Origin: Elsinoe ampelina
Lineage: Eukaryota
Assembly: GCA_010093995.1 (NCBI GenBank)
Contig: ML992501.1
Location: 2,235,320-2,299,319, forward strand
Length of the DNA: 64,000 bases
Reading direction: 5' to 3'
In this document: positions 24,040 to 36,483 of the stretch, in pieces
Layout of the letters: each line of letters opens with the position of its first letter
How positions within the stretch are numbered: position 1 is the first letter of the stretch
Notes under the pieces: generated by a model
The model's input: only the letters and a program-made list of their open reading frames with translations
Told to the model about the DNA's origin: nothing
Databases searched by the model: none
Translations under genes and position numbers: made by a program

Positions 24040-24489
24040 ATGCTCCATTTGACGGCACAACGAAGGCGCCTGGGTGGACATCGGATGCTAAAAAGTATAG
24101 ATTAAAGGTTTCTAGCATGGCGGGGTCGATATCAGAGTTGCGGTACCGCTACCGGGCTTACCGCATTGGGTAATTTTAGCCCATGTCCAGGAGGGGCATA
24201 GCGATATGGTCGAGATAGCGGTACGGCAAGACATCTGGGGATCGTATGAATATTACCTTACGCGCACTGCAATTCTTACACCCTACATGTTCATACACGA
24301 CATCGCTGGCTTGCGGCGAGCCAAGCAATCAAGCGTGACTTCTACAGTAAACCACACTATCAAGTTGACAGAGAGCCAACAACTGGTGTGTCACAAGTCG
24401 CCATTCTAGCAATATACCGCACAGCCATCCAGTCACAGTGGGATCCAACAACTAGAAAGCTGCCCTTCCCGGGCCACCAATCCACCAGC

Positions 24490-25810
24490 ATGACTCTCCA
24501 CGACCTCAACACCAACATCAACGCCCTCTACTCTCTCCTCCCCCACTCCCCCATCACCAACCACCTCTCCATCCTCCTCCTCCTCCTTCCCCTCCTCACC
24601 ATCCTCCCCCTCTTACTCCGCCGCTTCTCCAATCAGCCTTCCAAACCCGTCTCCACCCCCACCGCACTTCAGCCTCGCAAACCGGGCACCTGGCCCCCCT
24701 CCCCCTTCACCCGCCCCGCTCCCACTCCCTACCCCTCCTGGTCCCTCACCACCACCCCTCCTCTCCCCTACCGCCCCTTCCGCCACGGCCCCAAGTACAA
24801 CATAACCATGGGCCTCCGCCCCATGCACTGGGACGAATGGATCGAGCTCGACAACGAGTACCTCTCGTACCACGCCACCAAAGCCGCACGCATCGCCTCG
24901 CGAGGCGCCAAATGCTGCCGTACCTCCGTGGAGGACCCACGGGTTTTCGACGGCGCGGTGGAGTTGTGCGAGGAGTTGGTGTCGTATCTACCGGCGCGGT
25001 ATCCGTCGTTGTTTCGCGCGACGGGGCAGGGGAGGATGGTGAATCTGGCGACGGGGGAGAGGTTTGATGTGCGTGAGGGGGAGTTGACGGTGGATGGACG
25101 GAGGGAGGATCCGATGATGTTGGCGGCGAGGATGGTGCAGGATGATTTGGCGATTATGTTTGAGGGGGAGGATGGGGGGTATTATTTGCGGGCTGGGGCG
25201 GTGTTGTTGGCGGGGTTTTGGAGGTTGGAGGATAAGTTTGGGATGGGGTTGAGTGAGATTCATACGAGGTAGGTGCTGGCCGATGGGGAGGTGAGGGTGT
25301 AAGCTGATGAGTGGTAGTGGTGATGTGCCTGGGTTCAAGGAGAAGTTGGAGAAGGGGATGGTGAATTTCTTCAGGAGGATCAAGCCTGAAGCGCCGGTGT
25401 TGAGGAATAATTACTTTATCCAGGTGGATGATCAGTTGGCTTGGTCGAGCAGTATTGGTGAGGAGGATGATCCGAATACTAGCTGGGATACGGCCGAGGC
25501 GAACAAGGCCATTGAGCATCATTACTTCCGGACGGAGCGGCAGAGCTTGCGTAGACTACCACGGTCTGGTGGTGTCGCCTTTACGATTCGGACATACTTC
25601 CAGCCAATTACGGAGATCGTCAAGGAGCCGTATGTCCCTGGTCGACTGGCTTCTGCTGTACGAAGCTGGGGCGACGATGTGAGCAAGTACAAGGGTAAAG
25701 CGAAGTATGGGGATGTGCTGCTCAAGTACCTCGATGAGAAGCATGAAGAGCAGGTCCGCAACGGCCTTAACGTGGAAGTAGAAGATGAGGTGCGCAAGTA
25801 CCCATTCTAG
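24490..25810 (+). CDS. DUF3445 / heme-dependent oxidative N-demethylase alpha-subunit-like protein with N-terminal TM segment
   Basis: PLPYRPFRHG...ITMGLR...WIELD, MVQDDLAIM, AGFWRLEDKFGMGLSEIH, RNNYFIQ, FRTERQSLRRLPRSG..FTIRTY. One intron near 25269-25316. Confidence 0.85.
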
Positions 25811-25849
25811 ATATGCATGTCTCATTCAGATCGTTGTTGGATCGTGATC

Positions 25850-26916
25850 TCAGCTCAGCCCTGGCCAATCTGTCAAGGTCAGCATTTCTCTAGCATCCTT
25901 GGTCATGCAAGTTACCGAATGTAGTCCTCTCTGCATTCCTATGAAGGACTTTCACTTGATCGCCCACATTGATTGTGCCCTCTCCTGATCCTCTTGATAA
26001 GAACGAGTACCTGCCAAAAACCGGACTCCACTTCGCACCAGCATCGACTCGGCGATCGGACTGAAGCTTTTTGAGCACCTGCCCACTCTCACCTTCCCCA
26101 GCTTTGCCAGTAGCATAGTCGATGTTGATACTCTTGCAACGAACGCAGTTGTGTACAAGATCCAGCTTGATATCTCCCACCGATATTTCAGACCAGTAAT
26201 CCTCCTCCCAGGCTTCTTCAGCGCCATCGACGACAATATTGGGTCGAAACTTGGTGATGTCCATTTCCTCGCCATTGGTAAGTCTGCCAGAGACGTTGCG
26301 TAGGGATGTTCGCGACACCACCAGGTATGGGGCACAGTCCGCGAAGGTGATCTCATCCTTGGCGTCTCCGGATATCAGACCAGTAGCCCATGACGACCAG
26401 CTTTGTTGGCCGTTCGCACCAGATTTCTTAGTGGAGGAGAGAACGCAACGTCGGTTGTCACCTAGGTACAGCAGCTTCGTGGGAAAGCCGAAACACTCTG
26501 AGAACCAGTCGTTACATTCCGAGCCCATGTCGTATCCTGAGGTGGGCGATTTGTGCATGATGATATCCACAATGTCGAGACCGTCGATGCTAGGGAATAG
26601 CGGGAAGGTCAAAGACGTCTCCGGTCTGCCAGGAGCTCGATGCGTGACCGTGAGCTCGTCAACACCACTTTCGCCACCTCGCTGAATGGAAGGGTAGAAC
26701 AGGACAGCCTCGGGGAAGTGCGCGACGTGGATATTCTTTATTCCATCTGGAAGGACTTTGACGAGCATAAAGCGCCGATCGAAACTAAGGCCATACTTCG
26801 TAGCTTCTGCGGAAGACAGCTCCAAGGGCTGGAGGGCTTTGACGGGATAGGCGTAGATCTCAACTTGTCAGCGGCGCATGTGTGAAGCTGGAGCTACCTA
26901 CTTTCTCGACATACAT
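25850..26916 (-). CDS. MOSC-domain protein (mARC/YcbX-like molybdenum-cofactor protein)
   Basis: Spliced MYVEK-IYAYPVKAL...FDRRFML, WFSECFGF, ITFADCAPYLVVS, KFRPNIVV, NCVRCKSINID. A short terminal exon gives ...RTTF-DWPGLS*. Confidence 0.88.
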
Positions 26917-27206
26917 GGTGACGGAGTTACAGACTTGGTTTGATTTGGGGCACTGAACCTATGTTGGAGAAGTCATGAAAGAGATGGTGGCATCTACAGC
27001 GTCCCCACAAGAACGCCCGTCGTGCACGTGAACGTCGCCTGACCACACCGTATAGACAAGCACAACGACGTTAGATAATGGCATGCCAGGGATCAAGAAT
27101 AGACTGCAAACATGTGTACGCCGTAGCAGTGATATACGGGAGCAGTTCTCAGAACGTACGTAAATGCTGGTACATTTCCTGCCTAAAGTAGAGTGCAACT
27201 ATCTGG

Positions 27207-28676
27207 TCAAGTCTTCGCGACAAATAGTGCTTGCTCAGTAACTTTTTTGTATCCATTCAGCAGGATCCGCAAATCACTACCACCGGTACCCTCTACACGG
27301 TCCGACTGCAGAGTGTCCGTGTCGTCGTCCTTGCTTGTGGAAGCCAGTTGCTTGACCTTTGCAGCTTGTGATACCACAAACAAGCTAACAACCTTGAAAT
27401 GTTCCGTTCGAAAAGCTGTCAGGGCCTTGAGGACTGCGTTGTAGGCATTCTGTAGGTCAATCGCAAGGTCTACCTCCACGTTGATACACGGGGCGCTCAG
27501 TGCCAGTACCAATGCCCTCACGGGTGAATTGGATCTGACCTCTTCGAGCTGGGTGCGCACTTCCTCGGAGCAGACCTCATTCAGAGAGATATTAGACAAT
27601 GCTTGGATAAACGACCTGTGGCCACGTGGCATGTACTCTCTAACATCTTCCCTGAACGAGCGATGCTCTCCAGTATGGTCCAAACCTAGGAATGCATCGA
27701 GTGACTGCAGGAGTGGAGAAGCGGCGGCAGTTGAGCCTCGAAGGTGCATTACAGTGTTGCGGTCGTCTCCGAGGTCGTAGGTCCAGCCTTCAGGAGGTGA
27801 GCCCGCGATCCATGGTCTCTGAACGTTGTAGAAGTGATGAGGGTCACAGGTCGAGAAAAGATCAGAGATGTGACGCCTCATGCGGATGACTGTCTCTTCA
27901 ATAAGCAGTAGCTCCCCGGTAATAGCTCTTGTCAGATCTGTGACATCGGCCAGGCGAAAGTGTGAGCTAAACGTCCGATGAATGGCAGCGAGAATCGGTG
28001 CACCTTCCAGTTCCACTTTCACAGAGCTTGCATCAAACGCGACTTCGGACTCGTGACCGGTGAACGTTTCGGAGATCTCAATGGTATCTGATGCTGGCAA
28101 AATTTGAGTTGGGCATGTCCAATTCCAAAGGATCTCCGAGGTATACGACAAGACCGGTTTTACGCCTAGCATATCAGCAATGTGGATCCATGGGAGTGCT
28201 ATGGATGTCGGGACAACGACCGAACTAGTGTTGTTGAGACTGTGTAAGTAGTAGTGCCCAAGCATGCACAGGACGACATGAGCACGTCGTAGCAAGGCGT
28301 CGTTGCCAAGTAGAGCTTTCGACGGCCGAGCAATTATGGGAAGCTAGAACAGGTATTTAGTGTCATGACACTCTCAATTGACCTTGTCAGGCTCACCTAC
28401 TTGACGAATCGAGGCCCTCCAGGATGAACACGAGGCAACAGCAGCTGATGCATCTCCTTGATGATCAAGCCTACTCAAAGCTGCTAATTGAGAATTGCGT
28501 GCAGACTGTAGGGCGATCTCCCAGATATACTCAGGTAAAGAAGCTGGCAATGCGGGTGTGCCTTTGGCTGGGACAAATCCAGTAGTCAACGAAACACCAT
28601 AATCATCGTACGTGGCAGATTGCAAGCCAGTGTTGTCTACCTGTGAACGCATGGCCTCTGTGTACGAAGAGAGCAT
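27207..28676 (-). CDS. Indoleamine 2,3-dioxygenase family heme protein (divergent), 2 exons
   Basis: YGVSLTTGFVP, LRRAHVVL, LGVKPVLSY...LWNW, TFTG..SE..F, FYNVQRPWIAG, SPLLQSLDAFLG, REYMPRGHRSF, FRTEH (proximal His), GTGGSD. Intron near 28344-28398. Confidence 0.88.
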
Positions 28677-29512
28677 CCATCACGAGCGAGCATTGCCTTG
28701 ATGTTTCTTTGAGATTTCTTGTTATCGGGAGGAGTGATTACAGGGCGTGAAAGGGCGTCGACTTGGGAAGTGCGTGTCTCGGATATGCTACTGTGGCGCA
28801 TGCGATGGGAGATCTACGTCCCGTGACCTGCGGCTCTTTGATGCCCGAGGACGTCTCCCAATTGCACGAGAGACCGATCAGTGCGAGGGAGAGGAGTGGT
28901 CTGATCAGAGAACGAGAAGCTGGTCATTGTGGAGCAGATCGGACAAAATGCAGGCACAAGGTGGGATAGACATGCAGTGCACAGCCACCCCTTACCCAGA
29001 GAACCCTGTTCATCGACCAATCATATCGTTGCTCTTAACGAGCGTCCGTGGTGATGCTTCTCTGACCAAAACGCTTTTCACGAGGATACCATCAAGTTTC
29101 AAAAACATGTAACCGAAGCCCACAAACACGACCTGCTTTCTCTTTCACTCTGATCCATCTCCACCTCAAGAACCTCAACCACCTAAGATCCCTGCCATGA
29201 CACTCGTGTATTACGCAACAGAGGACTCGATGACACGCCAGACAGCCCCACTGTCAGCTTGATGCAACCGCAAAGTCGCTCTTCCGAAGTGCTTGCAGCC
29301 CCTCCCAATACCAAGGCACGCCGCCTCGGTCAGTCAGCACCACCGCCCAACGACAATCGTCGCTCAATATCCTTTACTCTCACCACGTTCGCGTGTCTCC
29401 ACTCTCTTTAATCGCGACATTCCGAAGTCCCACAGTCGAGCTCTCCATCCGTCACCGTCATCGCATCACCCCGCTTCTCCGTCACTAAAGCTTGACCGAA
29501 ACACGGCGCAAC

Positions 29513-31448
29513 ATGGACGAGACTGCGCGCCTGCGCAGGAAGGATACCACAAAGGGCCCGCCTTTGCGCATCCTCAGTCTGGATGGCGGTGGAGTGCGCG
29601 GCTACTCCATGCTCATCATTTTGCAAGAGTTGATGCACAGGACATTCGTCGAAACAGAAGGTCGGGCACCAAGAAGACACGAGATCCCTCGACCATGCGA
29701 ACATTTCGACCTGATCGTGGGAACCGGCACAGGAGGACTCATAGCTCTCATGCTGGGCAGACTACGACTGGACATCGACACGTGCAAGGACGTCTACGTG
29801 CGCATGACGAGAAGGGTTTTTGAGACGGACAAGACCTTTGCTGGCATACCTTATAGAGGAACCTTGTTCAAGGCGAGCAAGCTGGAAGAAGCTATTCGGG
29901 AGTGTGTCAGTGGTCACACCGTCGACGGGGAGGAGGGTAACGATTCTGTCGCAACTGCAACTCCCATGTCACCCGACATACCCAGCAGTCGCACTTCTTA
30001 TGCTAGTCCGCAAAGAAGCCCAAGTGTCGCCAGCAGATACAGCCAAGTCGGAATGAGTCCGATCATACCACGAGCCAGTCGATGGGGTAATCCGAACGCT
30101 TTATTGTACGATATGAGGGAGAACAGGACGAAAACAGCCGTGACAGCTGTCTACCGAGGCACACCGAAGGGTGCACCAGCCGCCCTGCTGAGATCTTACG
30201 ACTCTCGAAAGGAGCCGGCCCCCGAATTCAATTGCACAATTTGGCAAGCTGGTCGCGCCACGTCCGCGACAGGACTTGCATTCAAGCCAATACAGATTGG
30301 CCAGTCAGTCTTCATTGATGAAGGAGTTGGCAAGTACAATCCTTCGCCACAAGCCCTCGACGAAGCGATCCTCAACGAATGGCCGGGTCGAGAGGTCGGT
30401 GTGATGGTCAGCATCGGGACTGGTAAGCGACCAGGAGGCACCAATGCTCAACAACACTTGTGGTGGGAGAGCTTTGTCGGTGGCGCTATGGGCGACTTTG
30501 CCGAGGCACGAAGGCGACTCATAACAAAGATCGAAGGCTGCGAGGAAACACACCAGTACATGATGAAGGAGCATCTTTCAAAGCGAGGCGTGAATCCAGA
30601 GAATTACTACCGCCTCAACGTCGAAGTCGGGGTTGGCGAATTCGGAATGAATGGTAAGTTGCGTCTGAAAATGTGCCATCTCGAACCTCACTGACGCTCT
30701 CACAGAATGGAATAGACTGTCGGAAATATCGACAAACACACGCATGTACCTCGCACGAAAAGAGACGACGTCAATGAACATGCAAGCAGCAGCGAAAATG
30801 GCAAAGATCCACTTCGCAAAACGCCGTCACGATAGACATGCATCGACGAACAGCATACAAGGTGGCCAGGAGAGATGGGACCGCCCAGTATCTTCGTCAG
30901 TCATGCCACCACCATCGAATCCGCTGGCTGTTGAGCTACCTGGTGAAGATGTCATACCCGGCGTGCACACAGTCCTAGGACCTCGACAATATGTCCATCG
31001 AGGATCATTAGCGGACGCCAAATACACGGTGGTACCGGAGGAAGACTATTCAGAACCGATAGACTCTCCGCAGCACCACCAGCAAGCTCCGTATGGTCCG
31101 GACTCATATCGACAATCGTGGCGACCGAGTATGGACGGTCCAAGGAGGTCCGACGGATCATCAACGATCACGGCATCGCCGCGGGTCAGTTTTGAAAAGC
31201 CACCATCACCAGCTTCGCAACGGCTTTCACAAGCTTCACCACCAAAGAATTCGCCGCCGCCCATCCCACCCAAGACGCCACTTCCCTACCCTGATACCGA
31301 CCAGCCTCCCCGGACTTTCACGAACATGGGTAATCTAGGACGGTACGGTGCGCCGCTACCATCGGCCAACAACCTCCCGTATCCTGACACGGATGGACCT
31401 CCACCTGTTGTCAACGTCGCGCGGAAACCCGAGTTTGGAGTACGATGA
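29513..31448 (+). CDS. Patatin-like phospholipase with Pro-rich C-terminal tail
   Basis: LRILSLDGGGVRG, HFDLIVGTGTGGLIA, WQAGRATSA, FIDEG, VSIGTG, YYRLNV. Intron about 30654-30705. Confidence 0.9.
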
Positions 31449-34400
31449 GCAGAGAGTCTACACTCCGAGACTATGATGAACCAGCTTCACTAATGCCGGA
31501 ATGATTTGGGCAAGCATTTTTGCATACTGACCGGGGGTTTATGAACACTCAGCATCTATGATTTCACGAGATATCCCACACGCAAAGCATGAACAAAGTA
31601 ATCGGCGACGCAAGCATGTAATCTGAAAGCATTGATTACCCACATAATCATCCACCTGTCTTAGCCTCCAACGTTCACAAAGACATCTGTGCTGACGAGG
31701 ATGCAATCCACCACACGGGAGAAGGGCTTGTGCAGCTTCTCTCCTGCAGCCATGCAGCCATCCGCTGTCATTGACAGCTCCATCTGAGAGTATCTCCCGC
31801 TCCGTATTCCCGCCCTGGATCTCCCCCTGCAGTGACAGCAAAGCACTCAATTGGAAACTTTACGATCGACCTTGTCATATGCAAATTCTGAAAGAGTCCC
31901 GAACTTGTGCCGGACGATGTTCGAATGCCTCATCAGGAACAATTACGAGTCCATATCTTAGTCTGAGCATCACAAAGTGCTGACGAAAGCGCTGTCTTGA
32001 CTAGTGTGCGTTTGCCCTAGGGTATCCGAAACGTGCTCTAGCCTTTCGATGGTGGCCACAGTGGGAGTGCGCCACGACTCACGGCATCTGCCTTTAACAG
32101 CTTATGATCAGCCTCAACATGTCATGGCCTGCTTTCTCGCCGAGACACCCCGCAACGTCAGATCTGGACTCCTGTCAAAAAACGGGCATCCCCGGCAAAA
32201 CAGCTTCAGCCCGGTCAAGATGCTCTAGTCTCTGAGCGGTAAAAAGTCCCCAATACGGACTGGATCGGCTGGGGGGACTACCATTTCTGACCTGTCGAGC
32301 TCGAGCATCAAAGCGCCTTTTTGGTAGGCAGGAGATATGTCATCGTGCTCCCCATACATCGGGTGAGGCGCCCATCGACCCTTGCCCTCGACGTCAGAGC
32401 AGCCGCTTTCAATCTCGCATGGGACGTTTAAGGAAGTCGCGTTGGATGTTGTCGAGAGTAGCAGTGTTTCAAAAGTCAACGGCAACCACCGGCCGGTAAA
32501 GGCTGCCCTCTTGCCCTGCTTCTTACCTGCTGGCTACGGAAGGGATCGAGCTTGGACATCTGGTTCGGTTGATCAATCCGTTCGATGCTCCACGCTGGTG
32601 AAGGTCGAGCCATGGACCGTTTCGGTAGCTTAATCAAAAAAAAGGCGCTTTTCGCTTAAGTCGCCCTTTGACAGCCCTCCCACGGATCAGATGTCTGTCT
32701 CCCACGGGAACAGATGCATGCCATATTATTGCCTTTTCCCAAAGCTCATGCAGGGCTTTCCCCTGTCATCGGCGACCACGGCCTGTTTGTAGCGGCCGCT
32801 GCATGTGCCTGGTCGGCTCGTCAGTGACAGTTCAGTTGGGAATGTGCCCCCAAGCACGTTCCTCCGTGGCCTGGATCACGGTCTGTCAATCCTGCACCAT
32901 CCCGATCCGTCTACTGCCAGGCACCGCGCTCCATCCTTTCGTGATGGGCAGAAAGGAACAACGTCTCCTGCACGACTATGGAAATATGTCACAGGCACCG
33001 AGCTACAAGAGCCGTCCTGGAGTACATGGCTCCGACCCATGACGGGGATCCACCCCATGAACGGCCCGCTTTTGCACCACTACTCTCCAGGCATCATCCC
33101 TCATCTCCCACCATGACTCGCATTCCTCAATATCCAGCAATGTGTTGGAATGCGATCCCAGAGGAGATCATGACCCGGTCATGGGAACGGGGAGGATTTG
33201 GCCCTTTCCCTCGGATCAATACTGTTTTTGGTACCTGGCTGGCCCAAAATCTCTTTTTTCGACCACCACCAGCCACTGCATTTTGCAAGACTGTCACGCA
33301 GCGGGACGATCTCGAGGCAAACGACGTTCGCTTCGAGCTTCTCTGTGCGACCATGTGCACCTACGACTCTGCATTTCGCCAAAAGATCAAACGACAACGG
33401 AGCTGTTGCACTTGCGGCGCTTCACGACAGGTGAGCATAGTCTGGCCTGAAATCACATCTGGACAACGTCTTTTGTTTCACCATGTACTGTCCCATCAAC
33501 GTCCCAACCCGTCCGTGTACCTTGACCACTATAGCACCAAGGCACCACCGTGGTTCCCTGGAGGTCATAGCATCCCTCTCGCTGGATCGAAGCTAGATCT
33601 TGACGTGCCCCCTGTAGCCATCTCTCTCGACCGCCTTTCGTGCATAAAGCATCTCACGACTAAGAGTCAGGCGAGCGGCGCCACATCCGAGTTCACCCTC
33701 GAGCTACTTTTGGTGGAGCGCAATCTCTCTCCATCTAGTTGATGGGAGAAGAATGTGTGTGTGTGCTGCAATGACAAGCCATGTCGGCCCTTGTCGACGG
33801 TTCGGTCCCAATCGTCGTTCACGTTTTGTGCATCCGACGTACAGTTGAAATTGGCCTTGCCGCTGCCATCAACGTCTCCCGCAGACGTTACACCCGTCAT
33901 CTCTCTTGCTCCAACATCTCTTTGTCTGATGGTCACGGTCATGCTCGCCTGCCAATCGCATGCTTCTGTTCAACTATCTCTGAGCTCCAAAGGGCGTACC
34001 GTATATGACGCTCGACCTGCAGTCCGGACGACAAGGCCGTTCTTCTTGACTCGGTCCCGAGCCCAAAGAGGTGGACATACCTCTGCTGATCATACATAAG
34101 AGGACACTGGTTATCTCACGCATCCAGAAAGGATCTCATCGCTCATACATTCTCTTTACCGTTCCGGGTCGAGGAAGCGAAAGGGAAGAAACAGACAAGA
34201 TCTCGCATCTGTGACGATCACGCTTCGAACTTCCACTCCCGTTTCCTGCATCTCCAGAAATCCAGAATTCGAAACTCTGGCCGACCCTCCACCGCGTGGC
34301 TTGCTGATTGGTCTGCCAGACTATTGCAACACCAGCCATCCAGAACCTGCGCCCATTCCAGCATCAGACAGCATCGAGTAAGGCGTCCGCCCGGCCTCTT

Positions 34401-35073
34401 CGTTTAGCCTGCCGTCAGACTTTGGATAGCTCGTGGACGCAAAAGGAATCTCATTACCCGAGACAGAACACGCGCGTGCAACCCACAACCTGACGATCCC
34501 AGCGCGTGGTCCTGCGGTGGTCCCAAGGAAGGGCAGCCCAGAGAACCCAGCAATCAGAAACTGGCCTGTCAGAAGGCTGTGCGCATCACTTTCCACAAGC
34601 GCCGACGATCGACCAGCCAGCGGGAAGCCCGCAAATTTGCCTTTAGGCTTCGCCATTTGGCCTCGCACGAGAAAAAGAGAGCCCACTTGCCACGGCTCGT
34701 CTTTCCGTCGGCGTTCCCTGCGTGGCTGCTCGTCAATGCAACCGGGCAGCGGGGCACGTCACCCAGGCTTCAGATCTGCACTCCCGTCATGTACGTTCTT
34801 TCCATCATTCGTTAAAACTCTAGCTGCTTCCTCCTTCCGCTTGTCTATCACTCGTACATACCGGCATGCGCTCCTTTTGATACTCCCCCTTTCCCAATCA
34901 GACACGTCTTGATCTTCCGTCTGGAAGCTCTACTCGTGTTCGCCCTCTCCGTTCGCGTGTAATTCCGGTTCAGTAATTACACACGACACGCGACTGGGCG
35001 TTTTGTACAACCATGTTTGATTGACACGTTCTCGACTTCTTTCTTTACATTTGCAGCTCGACATCTGCCCGAC

Positions 35074-36483
35074 ATGCTGCTCACACTTTCCCAGCAGTCA
35101 GGCAAGCCTGATTTTGGGGGCCGGTCATCGCATGATTACTCTTCACCGCCGCAACCACATCACAGCTCTCATTTCTCGCCACGAAGACACGTGGACCACG
35201 TGCTCAGTGGTTTACCGCAACACAACAGCTACGTGATGTCGACTTCCCATAGAGGCTTACCGCCTCCATCGTCCATGGCCCTGCCGGAACCGAATCGACC
35301 GCAACAACAACCACAACCTCCGCCTCCACCACCTCCACCACCACCTTCGAGTCTACAGCAGCAGCAGCAGCAGCCACAACCACAGCTTGGATCCATGCCA
35401 GCACCCCCTTCACAGTGGTCCGGAGGCGAGGAGTCAATGAGGCACTGGCTGAGCACCAAGGCGGAGGAGGAAAGGACCAAGCAGGAAGAGGAACGACGGA
35501 GGCAGGAGGAAGAGCGGACGCGGCAGGAATCCTTCAGGCTCGAGCAGCGCCTGGTGGAGCAATCCATGCTGAGAGAGTCGATGAAGGGAGGCGTCCCACC
35601 ACACATGATCCCGGTCATCTTTGCTGGCATGGGAGGGCCGAATCTCGTCAACGCCAGTGTCGACATGTTGCACCAATACGCCTCGCAGCTGCAGGCGAGT
35701 CAACAACAAATGCAAGCACTGGAATTAGGACCAGAGCAGCCTCGGGACACCCGAGTGAACCCTCCACAACCGTCATATCAGACACCTCAGCAACCAGCAA
35801 CGAACGCGCCGGCCCAGCCACCACCTCCACTTGCACAACATCAAACGACGTTCTCCGCCTATGGCTCCTCACAACGACCGAGCATTCCAACATCTGCTCC
35901 TCGATCAGTTCCGGCATCTGGCCTTTCCAGGATCAACACGGTTGATATTGGTCAGCCTAGTAGCACGGCGCCAACAGCAGCGCATCACGCGAACCCGTCA
36001 CATGTCGGTCAGTCCGAGCAGGCGACTTCGTCACCTTCGATATACTTTCATCACTGGGTTCCGCCAGCTACACAGGAATCCAAAGGCAATCAGCCACCGA
36101 CGCCGTCCGGCAGGAACGAGCCAAGCTCGGCTCACCCGTCTCATGGCGGTGAAGGGGATTACAGAGACTCACCTCGGAAGCGAAAAGCTATTGGTGGGCA
36201 TCACCCGCATCCTCCGCCTTCACAGACATCTCCGTCGTTCTCCAGTCAATCCAGCAATAGAAGCAGAGGCAACTCGAACGGCCACATTCGGTCACGCAGC
36301 AACAAGTCGAACGAGGATCAGTCCGAAGCAGCACGCAGGCCGCCGAGTCGACGGGACAGCGTTGCGACGCAACCCAGGATTGTGCACGAATCTGGCTACG
36401 GGCCACCAGATCCACATTCGCGGCCACCGTCACATGCCAGCTATCATCACTCACCTCAACCGCGCAGGGACCACGCGCGGTAG
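35074..36483 (+). CDS. Pro/Gln/Ser-rich protein with a short charged coiled coil; function unknown, possibly regulatory; 5' end uncertain
   Basis: Long ORF with poly-P and poly-Q tracts, an ordered block MRHWLSTKAEEERTKQEEERRRQEEERTRQESFRLEQR...GGVPPHMIPVIFAG, SPSIYFHHWVPP, and a basic NLS-like PRKRKA. Confidence 0.75.
   Translation: MLLTLSQQSGKPDFGGRSSHDYSSPPQPHHSSHFSPRRHVDHVLSGLPQHNSYVMSTSHRGLPPPSSMALPEPNRPQQQPQPPPPPPPPPPSSLQQQQQQPQPQLGSMPAPPSQWSGGEESMRHWLSTKAEEERTKQEEERRRQEEERTRQESFRLEQRLVEQSMLRESMKGGVPPHMIPVIFAGMGGPNLVNASVDMLHQYASQLQASQQQMQALELGPEQPRDTRVNPPQPSYQTPQQPATNAPAQPPPPLAQHQTTFSAYGSSQRPSIPTSAPRSVPASGLSRINTVDIGQPSSTAPTAAHHANPSHVGQSEQATSSPSIYFHHWVPPATQESKGNQPPTPSGRNEPSSAHPSHGGEGDYRDSPRKRKAIGGHHPHPPPSQTSPSFSSQSSNRSRGNSNGHIRSRSNKSNEDQSEAARRPPSRRDSVATQPRIVHESGYGPPDPHSRPPSHASYHHSPQPRRDHAR

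Noticed and set aside
32978..33742. 254-aa ORF in the long intergenic region
   Set aside because: No recognisable motif, no coding-like composition and no supporting splice structure; probably a chance ORF.
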